Positions 27,938 through 45,029 of a stretch of DNA of 64,000 bases are shown in pieces. Below the pieces are notes generated by a model that did no database searches, was not told where the DNA came from, and saw nothing but the letters and a program-made list of their open reading frames with translations. Where the stretch lies: assembly GCF_009914755.1 (NCBI RefSeq), contig NC_060943.1; one strand, written 5' to 3'. The position numbers and the translations under genes are program-made. Each line of letters starts with the position of its first letter. Position 1 is the stretch's first letter. The DNA is from the human T2T-CHM13v2.0 reference genome, Homo sapiens.

Positions 27938-28579
27938 CTAGGAGCCTCCTCTTGAGGGAGGCCCTGGGCTTGGTGACATCCGACCCAAAGAGAAGGCACT
28001 CCCGCCCTGATACATTCCTTAGTTCTGCATAGACCACGGTCACAGTCATCATAGAAACACAGTTTTATGGCTTTTTTTTTTAACCTTTTAGAGTTAATGT
28101 CTCCCCCAAACAGGTAAGATTTACTGCTCACATAAATGCAATGGAAATATTACAAACCCTAACAAGGAAACAGCAACAGAAGTCGGGAGGTAAAGACGGG
28201 TTGGAGAAAAGATGTGTAGAGAGAGCAGGGCCCCATCTGTGCAGCCTCAGCTCACCCAGGGCAAAGGCAAGATGGGGTGGAAAGTTCACGGAGCAAGAAC
28301 TAAAGGAGGCTCAAATGTAGGACAAGAAGGCAAATGGAACCCATGGAAGAACCAGCAATAAACATATGATGAAAAGATGGGTGGAGGTGACAGAAATGGC
28401 CCAAAGAATTCGCTTTGGGGAGGGGTGGTGTGGAGAGAGATGAGCTGGCAGGAGTCGCTGGTTTCATGATAACCTAGCTTTCCCGTACTGATTTTGTACT
28501 AGTGGCTTTTTAAACCAAGGGTACATATTGCTTTGATAGCACTTTAAAAACCTTAATGAGGTGCTGTCCATAATGGTAA

Positions 28580-28800
28580 ATGTCCATTCATTCATTTCAC
28601 ATCACTAATAAGTAAGTGTTAGCTGGATGTACCAGGCACCGGTGATGGAGTGGAGTGAAAGGGCCACGTCCTCCCCTAATGGAGCGCAGAGACCATGGAG
28701 AGACGGATACAGCGCGAGTAAACACACAATGATGGAGTGGAAGGAGGGCTGCTAAGAGCAGGAGCCGGGGTGCTATGTGAGGGAATGATGGAGAGGCACG
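28580..28800 (-). mobile_element. L2 3' fragment
   Basis: cattcattcatt...tgtaccaggcac. Confidence 0.55.
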
Positions 28801-29031
28801 AGCCCTTTCGGTTTGGGGCTGGCCACCCGGTGAGGGAGGTCTGTAATACTGAGAGACCTGGAGAATGGAGGTGGGCAACCCAGCTGAGTCCCTCTGCACA
28901 AGGCAGAGAGTTCCCGGTGCACCCCCTGGCCAGCTCCTTTTCCTTTACTAAAGATGACCTACCTGCACCAAAGCTCCCAAAGGCCCACCCGTGACTCTCA
29001 CAAAGGTATCAATGCAAACACTCTCAAGATC

Positions 29032-29135
29032 AGCAAAGCTGGAGTGTCTGAGGATGCAGACCAGCACCCACCCCTCTGTTGGGAGCAAAGCTGGGGTGTC
29101 TGAGGACGCAGACCAGCACTCGCTCCTCTGTCAAA
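29032..29135. repeat. Two-copy 52-bp tandem duplication
   Basis: agcaaagctgg(a/g)gtgtctgagga(t/c)gcagaccagcac at 29032 and 29084. Confidence 0.85.
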
Positions 29136-30279
29136 GGGCACCTCTCCTGCATCTCCTCTTCCTCCTCCTCGGCCTGGCCAAGAGCCCACCTGAGCTGGCC
29201 TCCATCGAGGCAGCCCAGACAGAGGCCCCGAGGCAGGCGAGGATGGCGGGAATGCGAGGGGCCTGGTGGCTCCCCCACTCCCATCAGAGGCAGCAAGCCC
29301 TTGGGAACTTCAAGGGAGCAGCCCATGCCAGCCAGCCGCTGACTCACACGGTCTCCGTGACGCTGCACAGCTGGGACAGCCAGCCATTTGTCACTGGGAA
29401 ACGAGGCGGGCACCCTGCAGCGCAGCGACACCTTCCCGAGACCACAGAACCTTCTGGGGAATGTGGAAAAAACAAACCCACAAGCCCAGGGAGACTTTCT
29501 CGAATGAACGCCCTTTCTCTCGGCGGAGGCAGCCCTAAAGCCTGACAGCATGCTGTTAATCATCATGAAGGTGTCTCTGATGCCGCCGTATGGCGGGTGC
29601 AGTCCCATTATCTGGGACCAGGCACTTGCTCCTGTCCCCAGAGGGTGACAGTTCAGAGCCATGGGCAGGACAGGGGCCAGCAGCTCAGGCTCCCGAGGTC
29701 CGAACCCACTTGTGGTCCCTCAGGTGTCATTCCCACTGCCACCCTCTATGACGCCAGCCCGGGGAACCCGCTGTCAGGGAGCAGGTCTCTCTTCTCTCAA
29801 ATGCAGTGATGATCACTGGGTGACAGCATGGGTGAGGGCCAGGATCTCCCGCCCTCCAACCCCTTACTTTCTCCTGGAGCCGCCCTCTGCCTTCATTCGG
29901 CTTAGATCCCTGGCCCTTCTCTATGGCCACTACTGTTGCCAGTGCTGTAGACTCCTCAGCCCTGTGCCCACCCATCCCCACAGGCTCGGCCTGTGCCTGC
30001 TCCAGGAGCACTGAGCACTGCCAGGGGAAGTCATGCACTGGCAATGGCCAAGCAAGCCCCAGTCACCTCAGCGAGGCCCCAGCTCTGCCGTGAGCTGCAG
30101 GGGAACCCGCAGGAGGGCTATTCTCAACTTCCCGCACCTTCCGAAGATATCTACCCCCAACTTCTGCCCCCCACGGGAGCCGCCACAGATGAATGAATTC
30201 CACTCCTACTTCCTGGAGCGCGCAGCAGCCAGCAGATGGGTCCACTCTCACCTCTCCTCCTCCAAACTCCCAGGACTCC

Positions 30280-31395
30280 CCATCTGTCCTCTCCTCCCTC
30301 CCTTTTAAGGGAAGGTGCATCCTCTTCCCAAGCTCACACGCCCACCTGGGGATCCCAGCTCCAACCTCCACCAGCTCCTGCTAGAAGCTCCATGGCCACC
30401 GAAACAGCTTCCTCTACAAGTGAAGAATCCTCCCCTCACTTGCCTCCTTCTCCTCTTCCAGTCAAGCCTCCCCTACGCTGCCTGCCAGGCCCTAACCGTC
30501 CTTGCCTTGGGGGAGGAGGGAAAGCAGCTTTTGCGTTCTATTTTGAACTTCCTCCCCATCTCCTCCCCTCTCCTCTCCCCTCTTTGCTTCTCTCTTCACC
30601 CCCATCATGCTGCCAGCCCTCCCCTCCCCTTCTCGCAGAAGGCGTGGTTCCCTCTGCCTCTCCCTGCTTTCCCTCTGCACCCACCTGTGGGTCCTGGGTG
30701 CCCTGGAGCTCAGTGTGCGAGAACCCCCACCGTGCCCCCATCTCAATGAGGCTCTGCCATCTTCCTGCTGCTTCAGCAGAGACCCGGGCGTCATCCTAGA
30801 CGCCCTCTCCCATCACATCCATCCGCTGCTTCCCACATCCAATTCACGGCCAAGGGCTGCCACTCCCCCTCCACGACCTCCCTCAGGCCCCCCCATTTCT
30901 CTCTATCCAGCCCCAGCCTCTCTGGCCTGGACAAGCCCTCCAGCCTCTAGGCCTCCAGCCCACCTGCCCTGATAGCAGCTGGGGATCTTTAGGAAATGCA
31001 AACCTTATCAGGCTTCCCCTCGTTTCCAGTGGCCTTTAGGTTTCCAGTGGCCTCAGGATGAAGGTAAACCTCTAGTAGAGCACAACTCACGTAGGTGCAG
31101 GCCATCTCCACCACTCACCCCACGTGCTCTCCCAGCCTCCTCCCTCCTCTGCCTGGAACTTGTTCCTGCCCACCTCTAGCACCCACCCGAAACACACTTT
31201 TCTAGGGGTCGGAGACGACCCCCTTCTACCCTCCCACCCTGGGCTAAATCCCTTCTCTGTGTTCCCTGGGTAGTCTAGACGAATCCTCAGAAACCTCTAA
31301 CACTTAGAATTCTTTTAATTTAAGTCTCTTCTGAAAGGCCATATATAGTCCTGGAAGACAGGGTCCTAGCACCGGCACAGACACACAGTAACTAT
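30280..31395 (+). mobile_element. L2 relic
   Basis: C/T-rich, with L2 motifs (gtcatcctagacgccctctcc, tctgcctggaac, agacagggtcctagcac). Confidence 0.6.
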
Positions 31396-32450
31396 GTGTC
31401 ATCAAAGCTACCTGTCCTTCCACCGAAGCCAGACAACAGCTCATTTCCAACAAGGAGAGCTGATGGCCTCATTTCAAAGAGAAAAGGAGGCCTCTCCACC
31501 CAACCTTCCCCACCCCATGGCAGCATGGGATGTTGCCAAACCGGGCACAGCAGGGGCAAAGCCTCCTCAGGCTCCAGCAGCCCAAAATCCCTCTGCCACT
31601 GCCTCGTCCCAGTCCCACAGGTAGGAAGAGCAGCCCAGGGTGGACCACAGGAGCCCACACTCCCAGGCTCTCCACTCTGCCTCCCACTGCAGCTGGGGCA
31701 TCCTCCTATGGTGATGAGCAGGAAGAGGTCGTAATCTGCCAAAGGAGAAAGGACCACATCCTCCTCCCAGCAGAGGTGATAATCATCTCTGCCATCGAGG
31801 CCCAGGGACCTACTTGCTTTTCTAATCTTACTTTGGGGGAAGTGGAAAAAAAAAATCAAACTGAACCAGGGCAAATTATTCTACAAAGGCAGTTCTCTGA
31901 TGAAACCAGCCTGGCTGGGCTTTGGCCTGGCCCAATTGAATCTATGCTTAAATAGACGTCTGCTGTGTGCTGGCTTAACCAATTATCCATAGGGCACTCT
32001 GGGCCTGAAGTCTCACCCAGGCGCCAGGCATAGAGGGATGCACCCCAGCCTGGCCTGGTTATCTCACAGCACAAACACCAGAAACTGTTTTTAAGATAAC
32101 TGTAGAAAAGAACAGGATTTTCCAGCATTCCGCGCAGTTTCTCCCTATCTTCAGGAGGAATGCACCACCCTGAATATGATGAGCCCATTTCCAGTGTTCT
32201 TGAGCATGAACAGATGAGGACAAAAGGGTGCCCCAGCCTCCGTGGGTCCACCGGCCCCTGGAGTGAGAGATGCATGGTCACACTCAGTCCCAGCCTTGTC
32301 TGCCCCAGGGGATGTGTGGGGTGGTTGTTAGAAGTATGATCTACAAGGCTGACAGCCCCATGAGAGGACAAAGGCCACCTCCTCCAGGAAGCAACAGAGA
32401 ATCATGGCTCAGGACAGGATGACAAAGATGCCACCTAAGAAGTTTGAGCA

Positions 32451-33053
<603 letters not shown>

Positions 33054-34974
33054 AGAGAACTTGGGGCAGAAGTCAGCTCAGGCTCTTTGGCCAGGAAAAA
33101 ACGTGCCAGGAAATGTGGGCACTGCACAGCCTCACAGAGAGTCCCCAGCTCATGGCCACGCTGTGGGCATCAACATGCCTGGAGGCTGCTCAAACAGACA
33201 GGGAGGCTGGGAGGCAAAGTCTCCTACCCCATGTAGGCCTACTCTCCTGCTACAGACCTAAAATCACAAAAAGTAGATGAGGCAAAGATGTACTTGTGCA
33301 ACCTTATTTTTTTCCTTAAACATTCACAAGTCACAGCACTGCCTCTGAGCATTAAACCCTGAATTAAGATATCAATTAACTGAGATCTAAACACTCCACT
33401 GATTAAAATAGTAGTGAGACAAGGATGAAGGATTTCCAAAATCAGCCTCTAAGCATCAAAGTGGCACCGTGTTGAACAAAACTCATTTAAAGGGCCAGGA
33501 ATTCCATCTCTCCTGGAGATGGATGTGCAGGGAATGATTCTATTGGAGCCAGGTGGGCGGGAATTCAACACCACTGAACCTGCAACAACTATCCCTCCCA
33601 CACTCCATGACCCAGTGATGCAAAGGATAAAATCCCACAAGGGGAAGGACAGAAAGAAAAGAGCTGGTTGGAATTACATATCCTCTGGGGAATCAATCAA
33701 TAAGTCCTCTCCAAGAAACCAAAGCCATGAAGAAAATGATGGTTTAGCTCAGCTGCGAGCTGAGTGTGCCTGAAACCTAGCCAGGGACGGGCAGACGTGG
33801 GGCAGAGGTCCACCTCCACGCTGGACCAGGGCCTGGCCACGCCTTTCCTTCTGTCTGATGCTCCCACATCCATCTCCTGCCTCCTGGCGCGCAGTGACTC
33901 AAGTTCTCACTCTCCCCTAGGAGTCCCACTTCCCATGTGGCTTTCTTGCTGGCGTAGGGTTAAATGCCTATTCATGAGGACACAAAGATGAGCAACGCTA
34001 CTGGAATCCTTTTCACAGACACACCGAGAATTTAGGTCATCATCTACGTATCTTTTCTAATTTGGGACATGTTACCCAGGATGTAGAATCCTGGGACACG
34101 TCTACCTGTGAACCAACCACAGCTTCCCATCTCCTGTGCACACAGAGAGGCCGGGGAGCAGAAATAGACATGTTACCCACCGCCTGATTAATGCATGCAG
34201 GACACTTTTCGTTCTGTGTAATTAACAGCTCTAAAACCGGCAGATGACTCAATTTAACACAGTCTCGCTTAAAACCCAAGAAGGCACACGGCAATTGCTG
34301 ACACGCCTGCTCTCCCCTGACGCTTCCAGAGGTACTTAACCGAAACCCAAGGCACTGAGCTATCAGGTGGTATGAAAGCATCTCCTTTTATTTCCCACCT
34401 TGCCTTCAGATCAATTTAATCATCTGCAAAACAGTAAAGCAGAACCACAGCCTAAATTATGGAAGTAAGATGCCTGCTCTTTTGAAGTTTCAACTTTTGA
34501 CCTTCACATTCAAACTGCACTACCCAGCACAAGAAAAGAAATTATCCAGTTATGATCTCATGTTTGTGGGGAAGAGTATGATTATAGAGGAATTTACAGG
34601 CAATCAAAAAGGCGCTCCTTGAGAGAATGGAAAACAATAAAACAGTCACAGGAAGGAAATGAATGACAGCCGAACAAAAATGAGAAAGCGAGTTTGCCTG
34701 TGCTAGGAGAGGCTGCTTGCTGCCTTCCAATCAAGACAGGCTCCTGAGGAACCCTGTGTCCCCAGCCAAGCTGCTAGCAGAAGCTGGGGTGCATGTGGGT
34801 GCCAAGGAAGCCAAGCATCTGCCCCCTGGTTCTCCACCCTACTATACCCTGGCCCCAGCACAAGACCATTCCAAGGGTGCTGGACCGTACGTTCAGTGGG
34901 ACCAGCAGTGAGCTGGGAGGATGACTGACACTCAGGCAGCCCCACTCCACGGGTGCCCCCTCAGAGCTGCAAGG

Positions 34975-35190
34975 AGCAGTGCAAGAGCCTGGGATCAACA
35001 GTCTGGGCTCAACTGGCATTTTCTTGGGCAAGTCACTAACTTCCCTGTACCTCAGTTTCTTCATCTGTAGCATGGAAATAACTAGAACACTTACCTAATA
35101 CACCACAAATATCTTTAAATACAGTGACATGTGTTAAGTGCTTAGCACAACACCTTGTACACATGGAGTCTCAACAGGTGACAGTCAGTG
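34975..35190 (+). mobile_element. MIR
   Basis: cttgggcaagtcactaacttccctgtacctcagtttcttcatctgta. Confidence 0.85.
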
Positions 35191-35212
35191 TTATCAAGAT
35201 GTGCCAGGCTGC

Positions 35213-35709
<497 letters not shown>

Positions 35710-35719
35710 GACATGCCAG

Positions 35720-35910
35720 TCCTTCACTTATACTCTCATTCAATCTTTGAGCCTACTTTGCAGGTGAGGAAACTGAGGCTGGGTGAATCTTCACATCCGT
35801 ACCATGAGTTAGGTTTCACCACATCTCCGTTTTACAGATCAAGAAGCTGAGGCTCAGAAAAGTCAAGTGACTTCCTGAGCAGGGAGGAGATAGGGCTAGA
35901 ATTCACATGT
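35720..35910 (-). mobile_element. MIR fragments
   Basis: caggtgaggaaactgaggct; ttttacagat...ctgaggctcagaaaagtcaagtgactt. Confidence 0.7.
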
Positions 35911-36582
35911 GCCCGAGTTGATGGTTTCCTGTTATCCCCATAACCCTCCCACAGAGAGAGGGTGGTGAAGGCATTCAAGACCTAAGGGCAAAAGATGAGT
36001 CCCTGAGTCGTAATCTAACATCATGGAAAGCCCACCCATTCCTGTTAATAAAGGACCCGCCCGCTGCCCCACACAGCATCCTTCCTTCAGTGCCCCAGGG
36101 AGTGTGATGATCATGACTACAGTGGACCCACCGAGAGTGACTGGGACCCAGGCTATTAAAACATACCCCTGAGCAGCAGGGACAATGTGACATTTCTAAA
36201 ATGGTTCTACTGCCATCAACTTTCTGCTGCTTGCTTTAATAAAGTTGGGAGGTATGCTTAGGAACGCGGGCTCGACCTCAAAGCCTCGAAAATGTCACTT
36301 GAATTAAAGCATGCTTCTTTGAAAGTGACGAATTAATGACTTATCCCTTAGGAGATGGCAGGAGTACAGGACCCAGCCATGGTCTCCAAGGCACCCAAGC
36401 TGTAAGTGACCACAAGGGAATGTCCCATGTGAGGCAGTATAAGTGAACATGGCCCATTCTAAGTACCCAGGATTTATTCTTCTGCCAAATGGGGGCTACA
36501 GATAGGACAGGCTCTCTGGTTTCTCTTCAGATCCTATGAATCATTTGCCTTTTACGGACAAGTCAGGCATTTGTTACTTTAT

Positions 36583-36874
36583 TTTTTTGAGACAAGGTCT
36601 CGCTCTGTCACTCAGGCTGGAGTATGGTAGCATAATCATGGCTCACTGCAGCCTCGACCTCCTGGGCTCAAGCGATCCTCCTGCCTCAGCCTCCCAAGAA
36701 GCTAGGACTATAGGAGTCCAATGCCGTGTTCGGCTAATTTTTTAAAATTTTGTTTTTGTAGAGATGGGATCTCTCTATGTTGCTCAGGCTGGTCTCAAAC
36801 TCCCGGCCTCAAGTGATTCTCTCGTGTTTGTCTCCCAAAGTGCTGGGATTACAGGCGTGAGCCACCAGCTTGGC
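36583..36874 (-). mobile_element. AluJ
   Basis: 13-bp TSD tttgttactttat. Confidence 0.93.
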
Positions 36875-37019
36875 TTTGTTACTTTATAAAAACAAGAGGT
36901 GGCTGTGAACTTGAAGAACACCAGCCCTGTCTTCACAGAGTGTGGCTGTGAGGGGCGTCGGACCCACTGGCCTCTAACCCCGAGGGTCAGTATTAGCGCC
37001 TGTCATCGGCCCTCAGTTC

Positions 37020-37980
<961 letters not shown>

Positions 37981-38755
37981 CTCTAAGACGAGGCGAGTCA
38001 GAGCTCCCAGCTAGACAGGAAAGAAAATGTGATCATACAGACTTAGGGTCATATGTGAGAAGGCTACACATCTCCTTGGCAAGTGATGATGTGGCAAAGG
38101 CCTGGCCTTGCCTCTCTTCTACATTCTCAGTACGTGCAGCCATCCATCAAAGAAAAAATGCCTTGCTGCTGTCAAAGAGCAATGCGATGGCTTAGGAAGA
38201 AAACTGGTGGCACACTGGGATGGGAGGGCCACCTCCAGGGCCCACAGAGGTGGCGCCCAGCATAAGACAGCTCACTTTGTAGGCAGCTAGTAGAAGCCAG
38301 TTGTGCAGCAGGTAAGGGCTAACAGTATCACCACGGGAAGGAAGAAGGTGACAGAAGAATGCGTAGAACAGAATGCCACCTTTGTCAAGACACATGCGTG
38401 ACATGTTTACCTTTCTGGCAATGGGATTATGTGTTATGTTTATTTCTGCCCTTTTCACCATCTACCTCGTGCTGGAGCTATCTAAGTTTGGTTTACTTAT
38501 GGTAGGAGTTTTTGTAAGATTGCAAATAAGGGAAATAAGTTTAACTGATGTTTAAGTGACTCACGTCCTTTCAAAAAAAGTACGGCCAGTCAACCAACAA
38601 CAAAGAACAAGCAAAACAGAAAGGCTATGGGAGAAGGTTCTGGGAATCTGCTTTCTGAGGGGCTCTCTGAGACGGTGTGGGCAGGAACAACAGGGCATTC
38701 CATCCCCATGAGCCGAGCACAACAAACAGGCAAGGTGACCACAGGCCGTACTCAC

Positions 38756-38800
38756 CACTCAACGATCTCTGGGTGAAGAATGGTATTGTTGACTTCGAAC
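38756..38800 (-). CDS. PEPD: Prolidase exon 7 (45 nt): (K)FEVNNTILHPEIVE(C)
   Basis: ccctacag|GTTCGAAGTC...GTTGAGTG|gtgagt; phase 2-2. Confidence 0.97.
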
Positions 38801-40118
38801 CTGTAGGGCGAAAAGAAATCAAGCCCATTAATCCAACGGTCTGTCATGTCCCAGCAAGAACTACCTCATTCAAGACATGCACACGTGATGCATTAAAGAG
38901 GGTCCCACACTTTAATTTCATGACTTCCTGACCCACAAAAGGCCTGTTGATCCCTTCCTTCAGCAGACCTGGCAGCCTGGGCCATGTCCTCCAAATGCAG
39001 TCAGTTGGAGAGCAAGCTTTATGGCTACAAAACACCAGCCCTGATCCCCACTAGGCAGACAGCATAGTCTCTTGTGTCAAGTATATCAAAATACACACAA
39101 TAGGAGTACCAGAAGGAAAGAATGCAGAGAAAGCAAAAACCTCACCAATTTGATGAAAAACATTAATCTACATATCCATAAAGCTCCATGAACTCCAAGT
39201 AGGATAAATTCAAAGATATCCACACCTAGACACATCATAATCAAACTGTCAAAAAAGTATCTTCAAAGCAGCAAGAGAAAAGTATTAATAATTCATCACT
39301 TACAAGGGATCCTCAATTAGATTAATAGCTGATTTCTCATCAAAACCTATGGTGGAGAGAAGGCAGTGGGATGACATTTAAAGTGCTGAAAGATTAAAAA
39401 AAAAAGTCCACCAAGAATTCCATATCCAGCAAAGCCATTATTAATAAATGAGGGAGAACTACAACATCCCAGATAAGCAAAACCCAAGAGAATTTATTAC
39501 TAGCAGACCTACCCTGAAAGAAAAACCAAAGGGAATTGTTTCAAATAAAATGAAAAGGTACTGCAGAGTAACCTGAATCCACGTGAAGAGAAAGAGAGCA
39601 CTGGCAATGGTAACCATATAGATAAATATAAAGACAGTATAAATGTATTTTTTGTTTGTAACTCCTTTTCTCTCCTGACTTAAAAGACAACTGAATAAAG
39701 CGATAATTGTAAATCTGTATTGATAAGTACAAAATGAATAAAGACGCAATCCACATGCCATAACAGCACAAAAGAGAAAGAGGAAAAGGAGACATATAGG
39801 GGCAAGCTTTTGCATGCTATTTAAATTAAGCTGACATTAATGCAAACTAGATTTTCAAGTTTAAGTAGTCAATTGTAATCCCCATAATCATTAAGAAAAC
39901 AGCTAAAACATACAGAAAAGGAAATGAGAAACCAAAATGTTACAATAAAAAAAAAATCAAACACAAAAAAATGTAATGGAGAAAGTGAGGAACAAAAATG
40001 TTATAAGACATATAGAAAACTAATTTTAAAATGGTAGAGTTTTTCCTTATCAATAATTACTTTAGATGTAAATGGATTAAATTCTCCAATTACAAGGCAA
40101 GGATTGGCGAATGAATTC

Positions 40119-40817
40119 TTTTTTTTTTTTTAATTTTAAGTTCAGGGGTACATGTGCAGGTTTCTTACATAGGTAAACTTGTGTAATGGGGCTTTGTTGT
40201 ACAGATTATTCTGCCACCTAGGTATTAAGTCTAGTGCCCATTAGTTATTTTGTTATTTTTCCTGATCCTCTTCCTCCTCCCACCCTCCACCTTCCAATAG
40301 GCCCCAGTGTGTGTTGTCCCCCTCTATGTGTCCATGTGTTCTCATCATTTAGCTCCCACTTGTAAGTGAGAACATGTGGCATTTGGTTTTCTGTTCCTGC
40401 ATTAGTTTGCTGAGGATAACAGCCTCCAGCTCCATCCATGTTCTTGCAAAGGACATGATCTCATTCTTTTTTATGGTTGCATAGTATTCCATGGTGCATA
40501 CCATACCACATTTTCTTTATCCAGTCTACCACTGATGGGCATTTAGGTTGATTCCATGTGTTTGCTATTGTGAATAGTGCTGCAGCGAACATACACATGC
40601 ATGTGTTGTTAGAACAATTTATATTCCTTTGGGTGTATACTCAGTAACGGGATTGCTGGGTTGAATGGTATTTCTGTTTTTAGGTCTTTGCGGAATTGCC
40701 ACGCTGTCTTCCACAATGGTTTAACTAATTTACACTCCCACCACCAGTGTGTAAGTGTTCCTTTTTCTCTGCAACCTTGCCAGCATCTGTTATTTTTTGA
40801 CTTTTTAATAAAAGCCA
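40119..40817 (-). mobile_element. L1PA 3' end (5' truncated) inserted in the older L1
   Basis: ttttaagttcaggggtacatgtgcagg...gtgagaacatgtggcatttgg...ccagcatctgttattttttgactttttaat. Confidence 0.92.
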
Positions 40818-41230
40818 GACAGAATGATTTTTTAAAATATGATCCAATTATATGCTCTAAAGAGACACACTTTAGATTCAAAGACACAAATAGGTTGAAA
40901 GTAAAATGATGAGAAACGATATGCTACACAAACAGAAACGAAAGTGGAACTAGAATGGCTATACTAACATCAGACAAAATAAGCCCTAAGATACAAAGTT
41001 TTACTAAAGACAAAGAAGGGCATTTTATAACGATAATTAGGTCAATCCACAAAGAAGATAAAACAATTACAAATATATGCACATAACAGAGCCCTAAGAT
41101 GTATGTATCAAAAACTAACAAAATTGGAGAGAGAAACTGACAATAGTTGGAGACGTCAATAATCTACTTTCGGTAATGAATAAAACAATTAGACAGAAGA
41201 TTAAAAAGGAAACAGAAGACCTGAACAAAA

Positions 41231-41566
<336 letters not shown>

Positions 41567-41998
41567 CTAACACGTAGCTCTAAAATACTCAGCCAATAGC
41601 AGCAGAACAGCCATTTTCTCAAGTGCACATGGATCATTCTCCAGGATACACTTTATGTTAGGTCACAAAACAAGTTCCAATACATTTCAAAAGACTGAAA
41701 TCACACTAAGCATGCCCTCTGACCACAATGCAATGAAATAAGAAATCAGTAACATAAGGAAAATAGAAAAATTGACAAATATGTAGAAATTAAACAGTAG
41801 ACTCCTAAATAACCAATGGATCACGTATCAAACCTTACAAAGGAATGAAAAAGGGGGAAATTACTACTGACTTTACAGAAATAAAAAAGTTTATAAGGGA
41901 ATATTATAAATAACATACAGTAACAAATTGGATAACCTATTTGAAACAAATCCCTAAAGACACAAACTATTAAATTGATATAAGAAATAGAAAATCTA

Positions 41999-42322
<324 letters not shown>

Positions 42323-42461
42323 TTAACAAGAGATCAAATTTGTAATAAAAAACTTCTCATAAAGAAAAGCCCAGGACCAAATGTCTTCTATGAAATGAAT
42401 AGAAATTCTATCAAATGTTTAAAGAATTAACACCAATCTTCATAAACTCTTACCAGAAAAG

Positions 42462-42768
42462 GGCCAGGTGCAGTGGCTCATGCCTGTAATCCCAGCACTC
42501 TGGGAGGCAGAGGTGGGAGAATGGCTTGAGGTCAGGAGTTCAAGACCAACATGGCAAAACCCCATCTCTACTAAAAATAAAAAAAATTAGCCCAGCGTGA
42601 TGGTGCACACGTGTAATCCCAGCTACTTAGGAGGCTGAGGCAGGAGAATCACATGGACCCAGGAGGCGGAGGTGCAGTGAGCTGAGATCACACCACTGCA
42701 CTCCAGCCTGGGAGATAGAGAGACTCCATCTCAAAACAAACAAATAAACAACAACAACAACAACAAAA
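42462..42768 (+). mobile_element. AluS with (AAC)n tail
   Basis: Alu dimer. Confidence 0.92.
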
Positions 42769-44242
42769 ACAGAAAAGGAGGCAATACTTTTCAACCACTC
42801 TACAAGGTCAGTATTACCTTGATGCTAAGCTAGACAAAGACACCTTAAGAAAACAAAATTACACACCCAAATTCCTTGCGAATAGAGACAAAATTTTTTC
42901 AACAAAACACTAGCAAACAGAATCCAGCAACATATAAAAAGGATATATATACATCATGACCAAGTGGGATTTTTTCCCAGGAATACAAGATTCCTTCAAC
43001 ATACAAAAAGAAATCAATGTAACACATCAATCATATTAATAGAACACATAATAAAACCATATGCTTGTATAAATAGATGGAGAAAAATAAACTGATAAAA
43101 TCAAACACCTTTTCATAATAAATACTCAATGAACTAGGGAGGGAAGGGAACTTCTTCAACTTGATAAAGAGCATCTACAAAAAACTCCCTCAACTAACAT
43201 CATAGCATACTGAATGGTAAAAGACTAAAAGCTTTCCCCTAAGATGAGGAACAATGCAAGCATGTCTGCTGTCTCCAATTCTATTCAACTCTGTACTGGA
43301 GGTTCTAGCCAAGGCAAACAGGCAAGAAAAGACATGAAAGGCATCCAGACGACCCTGCAATTCCACTTCTAGGTATATACCCAAGGGAACTGAAAGCATA
43401 TGTTCACACAAGAAGTCTGACATCTATGCTCATAGCAGCATTACTCAGAACAGCCAAAAGTTGGAAGCAACCCAGGTGTCCACCAACTGATGAATGGACA
43501 AACGAAATGTGGTACGTATCCATAGAAAAAAATATTTTTCAGCCATAAAACAAAGTAGTAGTGACAGAATAAGCAAGCAGGGAAATCAGGAAAGATATAC
43601 AAGATATAAACAAGAAATTAACCAACTTGACGTAATTGACATATACAGAACACTATGGCCCATAACTGCAGAATACATGCTTTCTTTAAGTGTATGTGAA
43701 CATTTATCATAATGGTCACGTACTGGAAGTTTCAACATATTTTAAAGGGCTGAGATGCAGAGAACATTCATTAATCACAGTAGAATTAAATGAGAAATCA
43801 AAAAATATCCATGGCTCAAAGATAAAAATACAATGAAATTAGAAAATAACAATATGAAATATCATAACCTGTGAGAAATGCAGCTAAAGCAGTGCTTACA
43901 GGAAAACTCATAGCTCTAAACATACACAGCAGAAAAGAACACTGAAAATCAGCGATCTAAACTTCCATCCTAAGAATGACCCTTGAAGAAAGCAATGAAA
44001 TAAAAAGGAACCATATAAGAAAAATCTACAAAGCCAAAAGCTGCTCTTCGATAAGATGAACATCATTGAAAAGGTGACCCCAGGAGACAAAAGGATCAGG
44101 TCAGAGCACATCTCTGACACAAGAGAACCCTGTGTGACACAGAGCTCAAGCTGGAGAACAAGGTAGCCTAGCACAAGCTATAGGCCTCAGCAGAGAAGCC
44201 TCGGCAAGACTTCAACTCTCTGGATTCCAAGACCTGCTCCTT

Positions 44243-44562
44243 AGCCAGGTGTGGTGGCTCACACCTGTAATCCCAACAGTTTGGGAGGCCAAGGCAGAAA
44301 GATCACTTGAGCCCAGGAGTTCAAGACCAGCCTGGGCAATGTGGCGAGACTTTGTCTCTACAAAAAATTTAAAAATTATCTGGGTGTGTTGGCGCACACC
44401 TATAGTCCCAACTATTCAGAAGGCTAAGGTGGGAAGATCGCTTGAGCCCAGGAGGTTGAGGCTATAGTGATTCATGATTGCACCACTGTACTCCAGCAGC
44501 CTGGGCAAGAGTGACTCTTGCCCAGTCTCTTTAAAAAAGCCTGTCTCTTTAAAAAAGAAAAA
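44243..44562 (+). mobile_element. AluJ
   Basis: Alu dimer; TSD-like aagacctgc. Confidence 0.9.
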
Positions 44563-45029
44563 AAGACCTGCCCCATCTTAGGGAAGGATAGCACACACAA
44601 GCACACGCAGGGTCGTGACCTCCTGTCCTCCTGCCAGCCAGGGACCCTCCATGGCTTCGTTAATGGTGTTGAAAACACCTATGTAATGCCATGGTTGTGA
44701 GGCCAGCAGCCCTTCTAGCTGAGCCAACTGAACAGGGGCAGGGACAGGGGAGAGAAGAGAGAAGCGGGTAACAGCAGACTGAGAGGATTCCAGATGTCTG
44801 AAGCTTTCAGGATCCTTAACTATACAAACAGAACTATATGATTCAAAGTCAACCTAAATGTTGTGGAATCAAAGCCTTACTTATGAAATATCAAAGAGAC
44901 TACGGGCAGCCAGTGTGGTTCAAAGTGAAGAACAGGGCAGCAGGTGACATAAATCAAAACTACAAAATAGACTCTGGCTCCCACTGCACCAAATGCCACT
45001 TTGACCCTAGGAAAAGCAGTGGCCAATCT

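Noticed and set aside
38239-38259. CTCF-like AGGTGGCGC
   Set aside because: Only the 3' half matches; the upstream CCASY positions do not.
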